DNA from: the human T2T-CHM13v2.0 reference genome, Homo sapiens
Assembly: GCF_009914755.1 (NCBI RefSeq)
Contig: NC_060926.1
DNA length: 64,000 bases
Reading direction: 5' to 3' (one strand)
The notes under the pieces are model-generated. The model was not told the origin of the DNA and did no database searches. It was given only the letters and a program-made list of their open reading frames with translations. Both the position numbers and the translations under genes were made by a program. Shown in pieces: positions 19,811 through 44,625 of this stretch. Position 1 is the stretch's first letter; each line of letters begins with the position of its first letter.

Positions 19811-20428
19811 TTTCAAAAAAAAAAATTTTGTCTATAAAACAGGTAACAATTTGAATGAAGAAAACAAAAATTTAATGAATGGCATAAAAATAAATTTCAA
19901 GAAAATGAAAGGTGTGTATGATGACTTAATTAAAAGAATGTAAAGGAAAAAAAAAAAAAAAGATTTTCCAGAGTAGCTACTTGTCTCTGCCATAGAATTG
20001 TTAGATAGTTTACTGTAGGTGGACTGTAAATAAATGTTTGCTTAGTTCTAACATTTGACTGATATTGGGTTGATCCTTTGAGACTTGGTATATTGTGGAT
20101 ATGCCTAAAGTTTCTTTTTCTACCAAAGATGTGTTGTAATCTATGTCATTACAGAAGTAGGAGAGGGAAGGAAACTACCATTAAAATCAGTACTTAGGAG
20201 CCCAGGCACTGTTCTAGATGTTTGCATATATTAATATGATTTCATTTCATCTTTACAGTAACCTAGAAGAAAGATATTTAAATAATGACTTTCCAGATCA
20301 AAAAATGAGTTTTGATGGCTTTTCTCAGTTTTCATAATTGGCAGAACTGATTTCCGAATCCTTTAAGTTGATCAGTTGACAGGAATGCATTTATGATTTT
20401 TATCTTTTCTTTTGGGGTTACTTTTCAG

Positions 20429-20503
20429 TTTGACTTTGAAGGATCACTTTCCCCTGTCATTGCGCCCAAAAAAGCAAGGCCTTCTGAGACTGGATCTGAT
20501 TAT
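20429..20503 (+). pseudogene. ANAPC1: ANAPC1-like exon A (75 nt): FDFEGSLSPVIAPKKARPSETGSDY
   Basis: cttttcag|TTTGAC...GATTAT|gtaagc; manual translation. Confidence 0.92.
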
Positions 20504-20804
20504 GTAAGCATTATTATTTCTTGCTAATATAAATTAATTTATGGATATTCATACTATTCTTCCACTTCTGTGGTATTCCTATCAATTCCTCTATCTTTCC
20601 AACACCTTTCACTTTATTTATTTTAATACTGAATAGCAATTATTTTGAAGAGTAGGATCTGTTACATTTTCTATGGTCTTTAATGATTATCCAAAAATTA
20701 ATGTATGTATTACTGCATGATTTCAGTTTGGGTTTGTAGACATTTTATTATCAACTGATCACCTGAAATGACAGCATTTACCTTTTTTATGCAGTGTTTT
20801 TTAA

Positions 20805-23098
<2,294 letters not shown>

Positions 23099-23778
23099 CC
23101 AGTTTTTTCTTTTATGGTTAGTTCTTTCTGTATCTAGTCCAATAATTTTTAATTTAGAATAACACACTGTATTAAGCCTTATAAAAACACCAGTAAATTC
23201 CAAGATCTGGAAATAGCATAAACCACATTCTCTGAACCAAATGCAGTAAATCACAAGTAGAACCAAAATAGACTGAACATTTGGAAAATGTAGTCCAATC
23301 AGTCTGAATATAAAAATCAGTTGATTATTAGATTATATTAGTAGCCCTGGCATCTTATACATGTGGAAAGATGAATACACCAGATGAATGCAGGTGGACC
23401 TTCCTTCTTACCAAAACACAGTTCAGTGTAGTGGCCACTAACTTGCCATCTACTTTTCCTATAAAACCTAGCCTGAGATAATCTTAAATTTTCTCTCTCA
23501 ATCTCTACCTAAATAGTATAATTCTTCTCCCAATGTCTTTCCTAAAAGGGCATGAAAAGATTTTTTTTAATGGTTTTTAAAGGTGGCTTGCCTTAACGTT
23601 TATAACTGGCTTGCTATTTTATAGTTACTTCATTCTTAGCATTGTCTTTTTTTTAACATACTCTTAGATCAACTTAATGTGAAAATGAAACTTGAATTGT
23701 TTTAAGTGAATTAATTTTCTTATGATATTATAAGGAGGTATTATTTTTAAAAATTAATATTCTTTTTATTCTTCTCAG

Positions 23779-24047
23779 GACTGGGAATATTTACTAAATT
23801 CAGACTACCACCAGAGTGTTGAGTCTCATCTTTTGAACAGATCTTTATGTCTGAGTCCTTCAGAAGCTTCACAGATGAAGGATGAGGATTTTTCACAGAA
23901 TCTCAGTCTGGATTCTTCTACACTTCTCTTTACTCACATACCTGCAATTTTTTTTGTTCTTCACCTTGTGTATGAGGAGCTTAAGTTGAATACTCTAATG
24001 GGAGAAGGAATTTGTTCACTCGTTGAACTTCTCGTTCAGTTGGCAAG
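23779..24047 (+). pseudogene. ANAPC1: ANAPC1-like exon B (269 nt): DWEYLLNSDYHQSVESHLLNRSLCLSP...VQLAR
   Basis: ttctcag|GACTGG...GGCAAG|gtaaat; ORF track 23833-24051. Confidence 0.94.
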
Positions 24048-25331
24048 GTAAATTTGTTTGTAGGTTAGAAACTGCCAGGAAGTCCTGAGATGACTGTCTT
24101 TTCCATGATATCATATAGGGACCTTGTAAATACGTTTCTGAAATCTGCCTTCTCAGAAAACTAGGGCATCTCTGTAAACCACAGAGTTGTTTGAAGATAC
24201 TGGTTTTGTAAGGGCCTGTGAGCCATGCAGGGATTTTTAGTCTTTGTCCTGAGATTAGTGGAAGGTCACGAAAAAATGGAGATGACCTGCTCAGATTTTC
24301 ATTTTGACAGGATGACTGACTGACTATACTGTGGTGGGAGTTCTAGAATAACATCTGCTGTTTTGTAATATCCACATTCAAATAGTGCTTTATAGTTGAC
24401 AAAATCATAGTTTACATATAAAGTCTCAAACAAGGTAAGTTTCCTATTTTAGTGATGAGGAAACTTGCCTAAATTTGTTTCCTGGGATATGAGTGTTTGA
24501 TAGTTGTGGACTCATTTTGCTATGCTATCCTTGTTGCAGTCTGAGGTTGTCCCTGTCTTTGAGGCACTCATAGTAGATCCACAATAAGATAGTTCTAATA
24601 ATACGTTTCAACACCTTTCAAGAGCTTTGAAGCACCTTGTGTATGGCTCAGAATTCTAGGGTCATACTTGTGTGTTGTTTGACCTTTATGACCTTTGGTG
24701 ATAAAGAAGTTGAATTTGAATTGAAATGTCAGCCTCTGAGTTAAGACATAGTACATTTTCTAATTTCTGTTGTCTTTTTTGAGATCTTGAAATTCAATCC
24801 TGAGACATGGCAGTTTTAATCAATGGTAAATATCTCTTAGGATGTCATTACTATCATCAAAATTATTTTGTAATTAAATAATTTCCAAACCATAATCATG
24901 GCTGTCTGAAATAAGTAATGTGTATGATGTTTTACATTTTATCAGGTTTTTTTTTTTACATATTTTATCTTATTTACTCTTTAAAACTTCAGAGTAAGTG
25001 AGCTGATATTGCCCCATTTCCTAGAAGAAAATACTGAGGTTTATAGACATGACTTATGGAAGATCACACAGCTAATGAATAGCAGAGGAGGAACTAGATC
25101 ATGGTGCTTTTACTGTAGTTTTACTTCCACAAAATTTAGCAAAAAGAGGTTGGGTTCCATTTGTCACACTGGGCACTTTAAAGTCCAAAAATACAATAGA
25201 GAGACTCTAGATTTGGTTATCTTTCTCATAAGTAAGTTTTTAAATTTAAAGATTCAACTAATTAATCCTTCCAATTCTGTTGGGAGAAAGTGCTGTAATA
25301 CCTTCTTTTTTGCATGCCCTTACTGTTTTAG

Positions 25332-25423
25332 GGACTTAAAATTGGGGCCTTATGTAGATCATTACTATAGAGACTACCCAACGCTTGTCAGAACTACTGG
25401 ACAAGTGTGCACAATTGATCCAG
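25332..25423 (+). pseudogene. ANAPC1: ANAPC1-like exon C (92 nt): DLKLGPYVDHYYRDYPTLVRTTGQVCTIDP
   Basis: ttttag|GGACTT...ATCCAG|gtaagt. Confidence 0.94.
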
Positions 25424-25601
25424 GTAAGTAGTCGTGCTTTTAAATATTTTCTAAACAGTGTAGTGATATTTCCTTGTATCTTTCTCAATGAATAGCAGAG
25501 GATGTATTTCTTACCATTAGCTTCTAAGTCAGGGGCAATGCCTTTCCACCAGGCAGATTTTAGTTCGTAGTGCTTGTTTTCTGACACGTAGTAAGCCATA
25601 A

Positions 25602-32760
<7,159 letters not shown>

Positions 32761-32793
32761 GAGAAAAATAATGTTAATTTTCTTCTTTTGCAG

Positions 32794-32872
32794 AGTATTG
32801 CACTGTACATACTTGGTGATGAGAGCTCGGTTTCTGATGAATCCTCACAGTATTTAACCAGAATAACTGTAG
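32794..32872 (+). pseudogene. ANAPC1: ANAPC1-like exon E (79 nt): SIALYILGDESSVSDESSQYLTRITV
   Basis: ttgcag|AGTATT...CTGTAG|gtaagt. Confidence 0.93.
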
Positions 32873-33119
32873 GTAAGTTGGTGCAATGTTGCCTCTGGAA
32901 ACAAATTTTTGTAGATGTCAGTATCAGAATTGAAAAAAGAATTGAATTTTTCTTGTTTGCTTTGGCGGCCATGTCTTACCTTTTTAGTACTGTTCTGGTC
33001 TGTTGCGGTCTGTTGTCCACAACTAATTTTCAGGTATCAGGATTACTTAAAATCTAATAAATCTTGTATTTTCAGTGCGGGTAAAAAGGACTATTTTAGC
33101 CTGAAGGAAATTATTGTAC

Positions 33120-33333
33120 CATTGACTCTTGAACAACATGAGTTTGAGTTGTGTGGGTCCACTTACAATGAAATTCTTTTCAGCCAAATGCAGATAGAAA
33201 ATGCAGTATTCTCTGATGTGAAATCCATATGCAGGTTCTGCAGGGCCAATTGCAGGACTTGAGCATGCAGGGATTTGGGTACACATCGGGTGTCCTAACC
33301 AATCCCCTGAGTATTCTGAGGGCCTTGACTGTA
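33120..33333 (+). mobile_element. TcMar-Tigger MITE (MER2B/Tigger2-like)
   Basis: 5' CATTGACTCTTGAACAACATGAGTTTGA..GGGTCCACTTA and 3' AACCAATCCCC..GAGGGCCTTGACTGTA resemble Tigger2/MER2 ends; TA flanks. Confidence 0.65.
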
Positions 33334-33482
33334 CTTTTCAGCCTGCCACAGTATTGCTTATTTTATTATTTTTTTAGATGTTGTTTGCTAATGGATTCTT
33401 ATTTTCAAATGTCTTCTACATGTTACATGTTTTCTTTACCAGGATGACTATCAAAATTAAGTTTCATTTTGTTGCCTTTTAG

Positions 33483-33519
33483 CCCCCCAGAAGTTGCAAG
33501 CAGAACAAGAGGAAAACAG
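33483..33519 (+). pseudogene. ANAPC1: ANAPC1-like exon F (37 nt): APQKLQAEQEENR
   Basis: ttttag|CCCCCC...AAACAG|gtgact; phases match the flanking exons. Confidence 0.9.
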
Positions 33520-33613
33520 GTGACTTTTATTTAGACTGTGCTTTTATGTCAGACACTTAAAACAATATTATTTACTGTTCTGCTTAATTACTTTATGTTT
33601 TATTCTCTTATAG

Positions 33614-33684
33614 GTTTAGTTTCAGGCATTCTACGTCTGTTTCTAGTCTAGCTGAAAGATTGGTTGGCTGGATGACTAATGTAG
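33614..33684 (+). pseudogene. ANAPC1: ANAPC1-like exon G (71 nt): FSFRHSTSVSSLAERLVGWMTNV
   Basis: ttatag|GTTTAG...ATGTAG|gtgaga. Confidence 0.92.
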
Positions 33685-35349
33685 GTGAGAGCTTCTTTGT
33701 TACCTGCTAACTAGGCCGTGCTTCCTCCAGACTAGCTAGAAGTGGAAGGCATGAGGAGAGAGGGGCTCTGGCTTTGTGAAAAGGCCTCACAAGATTGAGA
33801 TTATGGTTCATCAAGCCATATTCTTTTTTCTCGACAATCTCACAACTTTCATATAATAATATGTGGGATACCAGCTTTTTATCTTGGTGCATAAGGAATC
33901 TTTATTTGCCATTACATTGGAACATTTGAGGCTATGGCTATGTAAGCTGGTCTCTGAGAATGGAGAACTCTAATCACCCTACATATACACCTGAAATCAT
34001 TGTGATACTCAGATATCAGAAATGGGTGGTTTTGGCAAAGTCTAAAAGCAATAATATAAACATTTCAGGGTATACTTTTGAAGGATAAATGCACTTTTGA
34101 AGGGATTTCAGGCACCAAGATGAACATTGAACTGGGAAGAGGAAGAGGAAGGAAAAGCGTTCTATATTCCCTATTCCCCAAACCTATGCTCCTAGGTTTT
34201 AAATTAAGTAAAATACCAAAGAAATTTTTTTTCACAAAGAACTGAAAAACAAAATTAAAAATTACTGCCACGAAGACATGATTTTAAAAATGAGGATATT
34301 ATATGGGATGTATGTTAAAAAGTAAAGTTTTAATGAATATTAAAAGATGTTTTTGAAGTCTTATCTAAAGTATGTTCTAAATGAAGTTTCTGACAGGTTT
34401 TTTTTTTTTTTTTTTTGCATTTTACCTTAAAAATGACAATAACTGTTGCGTAGTATACATACAGGATACCTATGCTGAAAAATATTGGATTAGTTCTATC
34501 CATTTGTATATTGCATAATATTTAATAAGTGTTATTCTCATATAAGGAAACATTTTTTGCCTCAATAGTTAATCGACTTTTTATATTATAAATAATGCAT
34601 AGTATTATAAAATTTAGAAAATCATGATAAGAAAAACATGATTTAATTAACCTGAGGATAAAAAAATTTAAATATGAAATATGGTATACTTACAAAATAA
34701 TATGTCAAACGTATATGTTTAGTTTAGAGAATGGTACTAAAGTGAGTATTGATGTACTGGTCACCCACCCCTAGAAATAGAACATTACCCGCATAGTAGA
34801 AGGCCCTTACATATCTGTTCTTGGATGGTCCCCTCCTGTCACACACCCCAATGTTATAGTGAACCACTGCCCTACCTACATTTGTGTTACCTTACTCTTG
34901 TTTTTCTTTATAGTTTTACATCTTTATAAATTGCTAGGTTTTATGTAGTTTTGAAAATATATAGATGTAAATATATGTTCCTTTTTCTTCACTCAACTTT
35001 GTTTTTTAAAGATTCATCCATGTCGACTCACGTAGCAGTAGCAGTGGGTCATTCATTTTCTCTGATATAGAGATTACTTTGTTTGAACATATCACAATTT
35101 AATTACCCATTCTGTTAATGATAGACAATCGGACTTACCCCTTTCTCCATCTCTTTTTTTTTTTCCATAGCAAACCAGTATTGCTAATGAATATTTTTAT
35201 ACCTGTGTCTTGGTGTACCTGGGTGTAAGTTTCTATATGGCTGTTGATGGATCAAATGGGTGGACTGACCTATACATACCAACTGTTTTCCAAAGTGGTT
35301 GTACCAGTTTACACTACCATTGGCTATGGATAAGAATTATTGTTGCTCG

Positions 35350-35717
<368 letters not shown>

Positions 35718-36053
35718 TTACATTTCTCAGTGGCTTTAATTTGCATTTTCCTGATCACTAACTAGGTAGAGCATCTTTTCATATGCATATTGCCCATTTA
35801 TGTTTCCCCTTCTAGGAAATGTCTTTTTGTCTTTTATATTTTTCTATTAGATTGTCTTTTTTTCTTCAGGTTTTTACAAGTTCTTTCAAAGAGACTTCCT
35901 ATACTAGTCCCTGATGTTAAGACATTAGTCTGGTAGTAAGAGGAATAAAATGAATTTATTTGTCAGGATAGATATTGTTGCCAACTTCAGCTAGGATAAT
36001 TGGGACAGTGGCAAGTCTAAATTAAAATGTTTCTCTCTTCCTTTAACCATTAG

Positions 36054-36232
36054 GATTCACTTTAAGAGATTTGGAAACTCTTCCCTTTGGAATTGCTCTT
36101 CCCATCAGAGATGCAATTTATCACTGTCGTGAGCAGCCTGCCTCAGACTGGCCAGAAGCTGTCTGTCTCTTGATTGGACGTCAGGATCTTTCCAAGCAGG
36201 CCTGCGAAGGAAACTTACCCAAAGGGAAGTCT
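36054..36232 (+). pseudogene. ANAPC1: ANAPC1-like exon H (179 nt): FTLRDLETLPFGIALPIRDAIYHCREQP...LPKGKS
   Basis: cattag|GATTCA...AAGTCT|gtgagt; ORF track 36071. Confidence 0.94.
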
Positions 36233-37939
36233 GTGAGTATCAACATAGAAAGTTCAGAGTTCCAATTTTAGCCTTAAATAAAATCATAAAGTAGAAATGT
36301 TCTTCATTTTCCTTTAAGGCTTTTTCTAAGTATATATATTAGCTTGTCTTTTATATTATATGCCAGACGGGGTTTGTAATTGTATGCGTCTTATTAATTG
36401 TTAAGTTGAGCATAGGAGCAGGAGATTTTGTGAATGTTCTGTCTTGTGCCTGGATCTTTCTTTGCCTTGAATCAGGACAAGTCCTGAGTGTAGTCATGGA
36501 AACTACCATGGCTATTTCCCTACTTGTACCATATTAGTAATTAACCACTTCGTAATTATTACATAGGAAAAGGGAGAGCACATATATCCTGAATTTGGAT
36601 GAGTAATTATATATAAATATTTTCTACTGCATATTTTTCGATGTGTTGAATTTTTTGAATTTAACCTTTTAAATAGGTGTAAACATATTTATTTAATCAC
36701 ATAAAACTGCAGCCCCAGGGAAAAAATGTGTTTTTTTAGTAGAGTTGTTTAAAAAGATGTCTTAAGCTATCCCTCCCGAAATACTGTCTTTCATCAATCA
36801 TCAAGTCTGTTTTTTTTTTTTAAATGAGTTCTAGGAATCCTGCAAGTAGAAAGTAAAATTATTTCATTACTCTCCAATTATCTTTTTATATCATCCTCTC
36901 TTAAAACTTGAAAATGAAACTTTTAAAACTTATTCTAGAATTCTAGGTAACTTTAAAAAATGAACAGTAGAATCTCATCAAGGAGGATTCAGGAATAATA
37001 ATTCCACTCCTGGTGACTCTTTTATGTTCATGTCCCTGAGAAGACAGTGGGAATTTGGTCTTACCTCTTAGTAGCTTTTGAATCAATACATAATAATCAG
37101 TGCATTGTAACTATGAGTCACCTTAGGTCTTATTACTACTTCTTCAGAGCCTATATCAAAACTTATTCCTAACCTCAGAGTTGCCTAATGTGTACCCATG
37201 CCGGAGTCAGTTTCCATGGGCATCTGATCTCCAGCACGGTCATCCCAGCACGTCTCTCCTTTAATCTGCGCCTCAATCACAGCTCTTCGTTGAATTAGTA
37301 TTTACATCCTGTTTTAAACAGAAAACAAATCTTTTTGCTTATAAAATGATTTTCCTGTGAGAGAGAGCAGTTCAGCACCATTAGCATTAAAATATTAATC
37401 TGTATTTGAATGTCATTTTAAGTAATTATGTCTAAATACAGTTTGTTCAGTTGAGGCTACATTTTATAACTAATCCCATCTAAATTTATTTTGTCACTGT
37501 TTGAGACTATGTTTTATAGCTAACTCACCCATTAGAATATAGTTTTTTTTTTTTAAATTAGATATTTTATAGGAGCTAAAAATGAATTTTTAGGAACTAA
37601 AAGTGATTATTTGGTCGTATCTACTTTTTTTTCAGGCTGACCTTGTTGGTTTCACATTAAATGTTGCAAAACTTTAACATTTCAACTTGGAGTTATTCTT
37701 TTGTTAAAAGAGTATAATACTGTTTTTGAGAGAATATGATATGATTCCATGCAATTCACATCTGTGTTGCAGTTAGATTTAATTATTTGGACTGGGAAGC
37801 CCCATATTAAAGCACATGCTGGGCTTAGAACATGATGACAATCAAGGAATTTACCCTCTTACTTGTTTTGCTGTAGTTCAGTACTTTTCCTTCTAAGAAA
37901 TTTTTATTGGAAACACATTTTTTAAAAATAGTGAAAACT

Positions 37940-39053
<1,114 letters not shown>

Positions 39054-39248
39054 GCAATATAGTACTTTTTAGAAAGATTTGTAGATTAGAGTCCCAGTAT
39101 ACATTGCGGCCCCAACCCAGGCCTGCTTTGGAAAACATATTTTCTCTGTGCTAGTATAGTCATGACACATCAGCCTATATATCCTCATGTTCAGCAAATG
39201 CACGTTAACTGCTTTTGAAATTATTATTATAATAAATCTGTTACTCAG

Positions 39249-39463
39249 GTGCTCTCATCAGATGTTCCTTCAGGTACAGAAACTGAGGAGAAAGATGATG
39301 GCATGAATGACATGAATCACGAGGTCATGTCATTAATATGGAGTGAAGATTTAAGGGTGCAGGATGCGCGAAGGCTTCTTCAGAGTGCGCATCCTGTCCG
39401 TGTCAACGTAGTGCAGTACCCAGAGCTCAGTGACCACGAGTTCATTGAGGAAAAGGAAAACAG
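39249..39463 (+). pseudogene. ANAPC1: ANAPC1-like exon I (215 nt): VLSSDVPSGTETEEKDDGM...EEKENR
   Basis: actcag|GTGCTC...AAACAG|gtgaaa; ORF track 39249. Confidence 0.94.
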
Positions 39464-41740
39464 GTGAAAGAAAACACGTGTACTATCTCTTGTCACGTTT
39501 CATTGTTACATTTGTGTCTTGTTTATATTTGTTTTTCCTTCAAGTTTTTAGCATTTAAAACCCTAAAGAGATTTAAAAGATACTTTCAAGTGAAAATATG
39601 CCCTGTGTTTTAAGTTTTCATCCAACTTCAACAAACCACGTGTGTTAGCAAAATGTCTTTGGCTTTTGAGGACGTAATTGTTGTATTTCATACCGTCCTC
39701 CTCTTGAAATACATATAACAGTTTACTCTTTAGAAAAGGTGAATGTAAAACTATTTTGCCTGATAGTTACCTTAAGAATTTACAAACAAAGAAAACACTG
39801 GACTTGTTTTTCTGTGTCTTGATCAGGAATAGATTTTGAGGTTAGTGGGGTTTTTAGTGTAGTTTAAACTTATATCAGTATTTTTTTTTTGGATATGATA
39901 GATAATACTCCAAATAAAAATAGATAAGCCTTTCTTCTGCCACTCCCCTGCACAGGATACATCCCCTGATACATTGTAAGACTCACATGCCTGTGACATT
40001 CCAGAGCTATTCTCTTGGGACACTTCTATTTTAAAATTCTCTCCTGTTCTTTTATCTGCTTGTCTCTATCATCAATCATTCATCTGTCACTGTTTTCTAG
40101 TTCTCTTTACTTTTTTTATGGTACTGTTTTGAGGGGAACCGTCACCCACACTTAGCCACAGGCTGCTGAAGATCTGAATTAGTTGTGATTTCCCTATTAA
40201 CTGTTTCCTCTCCACAAGTACCCAGTTATTAGTCACCTGTGAATAAAAAGATGGAGTGACAGAAGTTGAGTTTAGAGCATAGGATTTATGAGCATGGCCT
40301 CTAGAGCCAGGCATGGCCATGCTGTGCTGGGTGACTGGTTAAATTACTTTACCTCTTGTTGCCTCAGTTGCTTCATCTGTAAAAATAGGCATACTTCATG
40401 GGATGGTGCTGTGTATCAAGTGAATTATTTTTACATAGCACTTAGAATACTGCTCAATACATAGTAAAGCTCAGTGCAGTCAGCCATTATTAGTAGTAGA
40501 GTTCATTGATTCTAAGATGCAAGTTTTTTCACTTTTTAATATCTCTGAAATCAGATGTGTATTTCAGTGAACAGGTGTCATAGTTTAACTGGCAGTGCTT
40601 TCTCTTTCTTAGTTTCTCATGAAATAATGATACATCTTATGAGTGGCATCTTATATTCAGGGGATATAATATTGTTCTCATTATAATTTTGTTACTTGTG
40701 CAAAGTTGAAGTGAATTATGTGTAAGATTTCCTCTAAAAAAATTCTATGGGTTGCAACAGACTCTTGGCTTTGAATTTTCCTGATCCCAAATTAATGTGG
40801 CGGTCATGTTCCCAGAGAATCTTTAAGACAGCAAAATTTTTCTCTCCAGTTAGCTAGAAAAGCAGTTATGTGTGTCCAGTTAAGGAGGGAGTATGCTTAT
40901 GAATAGCTTTGTCTGCAGAGAAAATGTTCGTCAGTTGTCAGCCTCTGAAGGGATATTTCTGTGTCTTCAGATATAACTTGTATAAGCGTTTCTTAGTTAT
41001 AAATGCCTTACTTCCAAAATTTCTGTTAGTTTTTTTTAAGTGGATATATGGAATGTTAAGCTATTTTAACAGAGGAACAAGTTGAAGAGTGGTATATTAA
41101 TTTCACAGTAGAGCCGACAGAAACCATTTTAACCTTGAACATACCTGATACATAATGGTATTAGTCCTATAAACCTAGCCATCATGTAAGTGAAACCAAT
41201 CTGTATTTCCCTTGGAGACACCATGAAATCCATTCACCTCTAACATAGGGACCTTGTTTCTTTTCTTGTGTACAGGCCACAGAAATGGTACTTCTGAGGC
41301 TGTATTGGCAAAAGGGATGGGAGGAGGATCCCACATGTACTGAGGACAGCTAGACTGAAATTAACACAGTGATAAAAACCCCAAAAGTACTGTATTTTCC
41401 TTTGAGAAGGTTAGCATCCATCGGAGTGGAATTTTAAATTTCTTTTTTTTTTTTGAATGCCTAGAGAGAGTCGGCTTGGTTTATAGGCCAGGTGGTTTTC
41501 ATTCAATGTAAATATGAAACAAAACAGAGGAAATATGTCTCTCCCTAAGAGTGTAATAGGAACAAGAATATTAAAATGAAAATAATCATGTTTGGGTAGT
41601 TCACTCACATCTGTGTATGAATTTACTTTGAGACAACTTCATCTTACACAGTACACCTTCTTTTGAAATACTTACAGATGATATTTCAATTGCGCTTTGC
41701 TTTAAACATTTTCACATGTTGGTTTTTACTTTAATTACAG

Positions 41741-41859
41741 ATTACTCCAATTGTGTCAGCAAACTATGGCTCTTCCTGTAGGACGAGGAATGTTTACCTT
41801 TTTTTCGTACCATCCTGTTCCAACAGAGCCATTGCCTATTCCTAAATTGAATCTGACTG
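41741..41859 (+). pseudogene. ANAPC1: ANAPC1-like exon J (119 nt): LLQLCQQTMALPVGRGMFTFFSYHPVPTEPLPIPKLNLT
   Basis: ttacag|ATTACT...TGACTG|gtatgt; manual translation, in frame. Confidence 0.93.
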
Positions 41860-44400
41860 GTATGTTAAATTCTGGGCTCAATGAGAAAGGAAAGTGATTA
41901 AGTACATGCATTAAGTGTAGTTCTTTAAATTAGTTAAAACAAAAGAAATGCTCCCTCTATCCCCAGTGATTTTAAATTTTCCTAATAGCTGCTATAGTGG
42001 TTATCAAAGCTCAAATACCATGTCAAACTAAACCTTGAGAGAAGCAGAATATAGTTCGTTACTCATTTTTGCTTTTTAATGAGGTGATTTCAAGATATAC
42101 AAAGTCACTTGGAGAAGTTCAGAAAGATATAATTGATAATGATGAGACTATTGAATTTTAAATAATCTTGAGTATAATATGTAAAAATATTTAGTTTTAA
42201 AATGTCTTATGTCATAGTTTAAACAGACGATCATTGTATAAATCAAGAAATGTCCTAAGCAAAAAGAGAAAAAATGGTCACTTGCAGTACTCCCACTCTT
42301 CTGCATCACTCCTTTTAACATTTTAATATATATGTTTACTAAGTTTATTTCCACATATTTATAATTTTATATTTGTTTAATTATCAGAAAATTTAAATCT
42401 ATTTTAGATATTTTTTAAAATTTACAGTGAACATCCTTTTATATCTAGCAAATAAATGTATGTGTTTATAATTATGTGTATGTATTGTATACACGTGTTT
42501 TTAATCGATACATTCATTTTTATTTGCTTCAGAGTATTTCATTCAGTGGATATACCATAGTTTATAGAAGCAGCCTGGTATTGTTGGAAATTACAGTTTT
42601 TTGGTATTATAAACATTGTTGGGGCGTATTCGTCCTATGTATTTAGGCTAAATGCTTAGAAGTAGAACTCTTAGGACAGCAAGATGAATGGTTTTAAGGA
42701 ACATGTCAAATTGCCTTTCTGGTTGGTGCAAGTTTTTATTTCTGCTATGTATAACTGTAGTTATAGTCTTGATTACAATGAGTTTTTTAGTGTATGTCCG
42801 CCTAATGCTGATATGAATGTGTTCTAAAGGTGACAATTACATAGTTGAAATTATCATTGAAACTCTATTATAGTATATATGGTTTTGTGAAACCTATACA
42901 AAATGTATGTGTAATGTATGTTGTAGTAGTGTATAGTATATGTAGTAGTATATAATGTATAATTTAATATATGATAAATAGTACATAATATATGCAAACA
43001 TAATTGTACAGTATTTTAAATTGCATACTTTAAAAAATCCAGAGTTCCACTCAGATTTGTGAACAGCTTGTGCTTTGAGCAGCATGCAGGAAATGAGATT
43101 GACTAAGTGAAGAACACATTCCCATCTCCATATCATGCTTATTCTGAGCCCTAATCTCACTGAGGGACATAGTGAGCAGAGTTGCTTTTAATATTTAAAT
43201 TGTCTCAGAGGTAAAGCACCTATGGCAAAATTTTAACAATTATTGATTCTTGATGGAAGGCATGGTATATAGATGTTCATTTTAGTAGTCTTTCCAACTG
43301 TTTATATGAAAGATTTCATATAATGAGTGCGGGTTAAAAAGGAAATCTAATGCAAAATTGGCAAATGTTAAAATGTATTCAATCTGGGTGATTTAGCACT
43401 CAAGCGATACTTGGGTGGGTTTAAAAAATATATACATGCATCTTTTTTTCTGAATACATTTAATTGAATTTGCATGATTTAAAATGTGTTTATGACATTA
43501 ATCCAACATTTTATTCTTTTAGTCATTCTGGTAGGCCAAAAAGAAAGGTTATCCTCTTAATTTAGGAAAGAATATTTTCTTAAATAGTTGCTTAACCCAC
43601 ACTGATGTGGCCTGTTGTACTTTTGTATGTTGTTATTCTCATTGAAGAAAATTTACCTTACCCTTTGCATTTTATTTTCTCTCGTGTATAAATATTATGT
43701 CTTTTGCATATGATGAATGAAAGTTTCAGAAAGTTCACTCAGTTTTTTCATATTGATATGTCTGCCTTTTTTGAGAAAGTGCAAGTGTAACTTATGAACT
43801 TATTACTCATTGTGGTGCTAACACTAGCAGTTGAGTTAGCTTTTAGGTACAAAAAGCGTATAGTAAAGACAAATAAGTCTTACTTTGTGCTTTGTGTGTG
43901 TATGTGTACATGCTACAAATAAGACACTCTGCATCTACTTAAAATTTATTTTACATAACATCTTAGAACTCTTTAAAAATGGTACTTTTAAAGCTGCAGT
44001 GAAATGGATAACTTTATGCAGTAATTAAAATATTTATGTTAATTATTTTATCTGTGACTTAAGACAGTATTCAAAATATATTTAAAAAGATTCAGTGTTT
44101 GCTGTGTATAATGTAGATCAAAAAGAAAAGAATCAAGAAAAAATTCGTAGGGAACATATAGCATTGTGAACATATAATTTACATTGTTCTTAAATGGACC
44201 ATAAAAGTAAATCTAGTGAATGCCCTTTTGAAGTTCACTGGGTGACTCAAGTCTATAAAAGGATGCTTTTTACAAAACTATCTCTAAGCATTTTAAACAA
44301 TAGCATATAATTAGATATCTATATCTGTATGTATATAGAGAGAGAGAAAAAAAAGAGAGAAGGGGGCATATATAGGTAAGAGCTGTAGCAGATTTATTAA

Positions 44401-44625
<225 letters not shown>

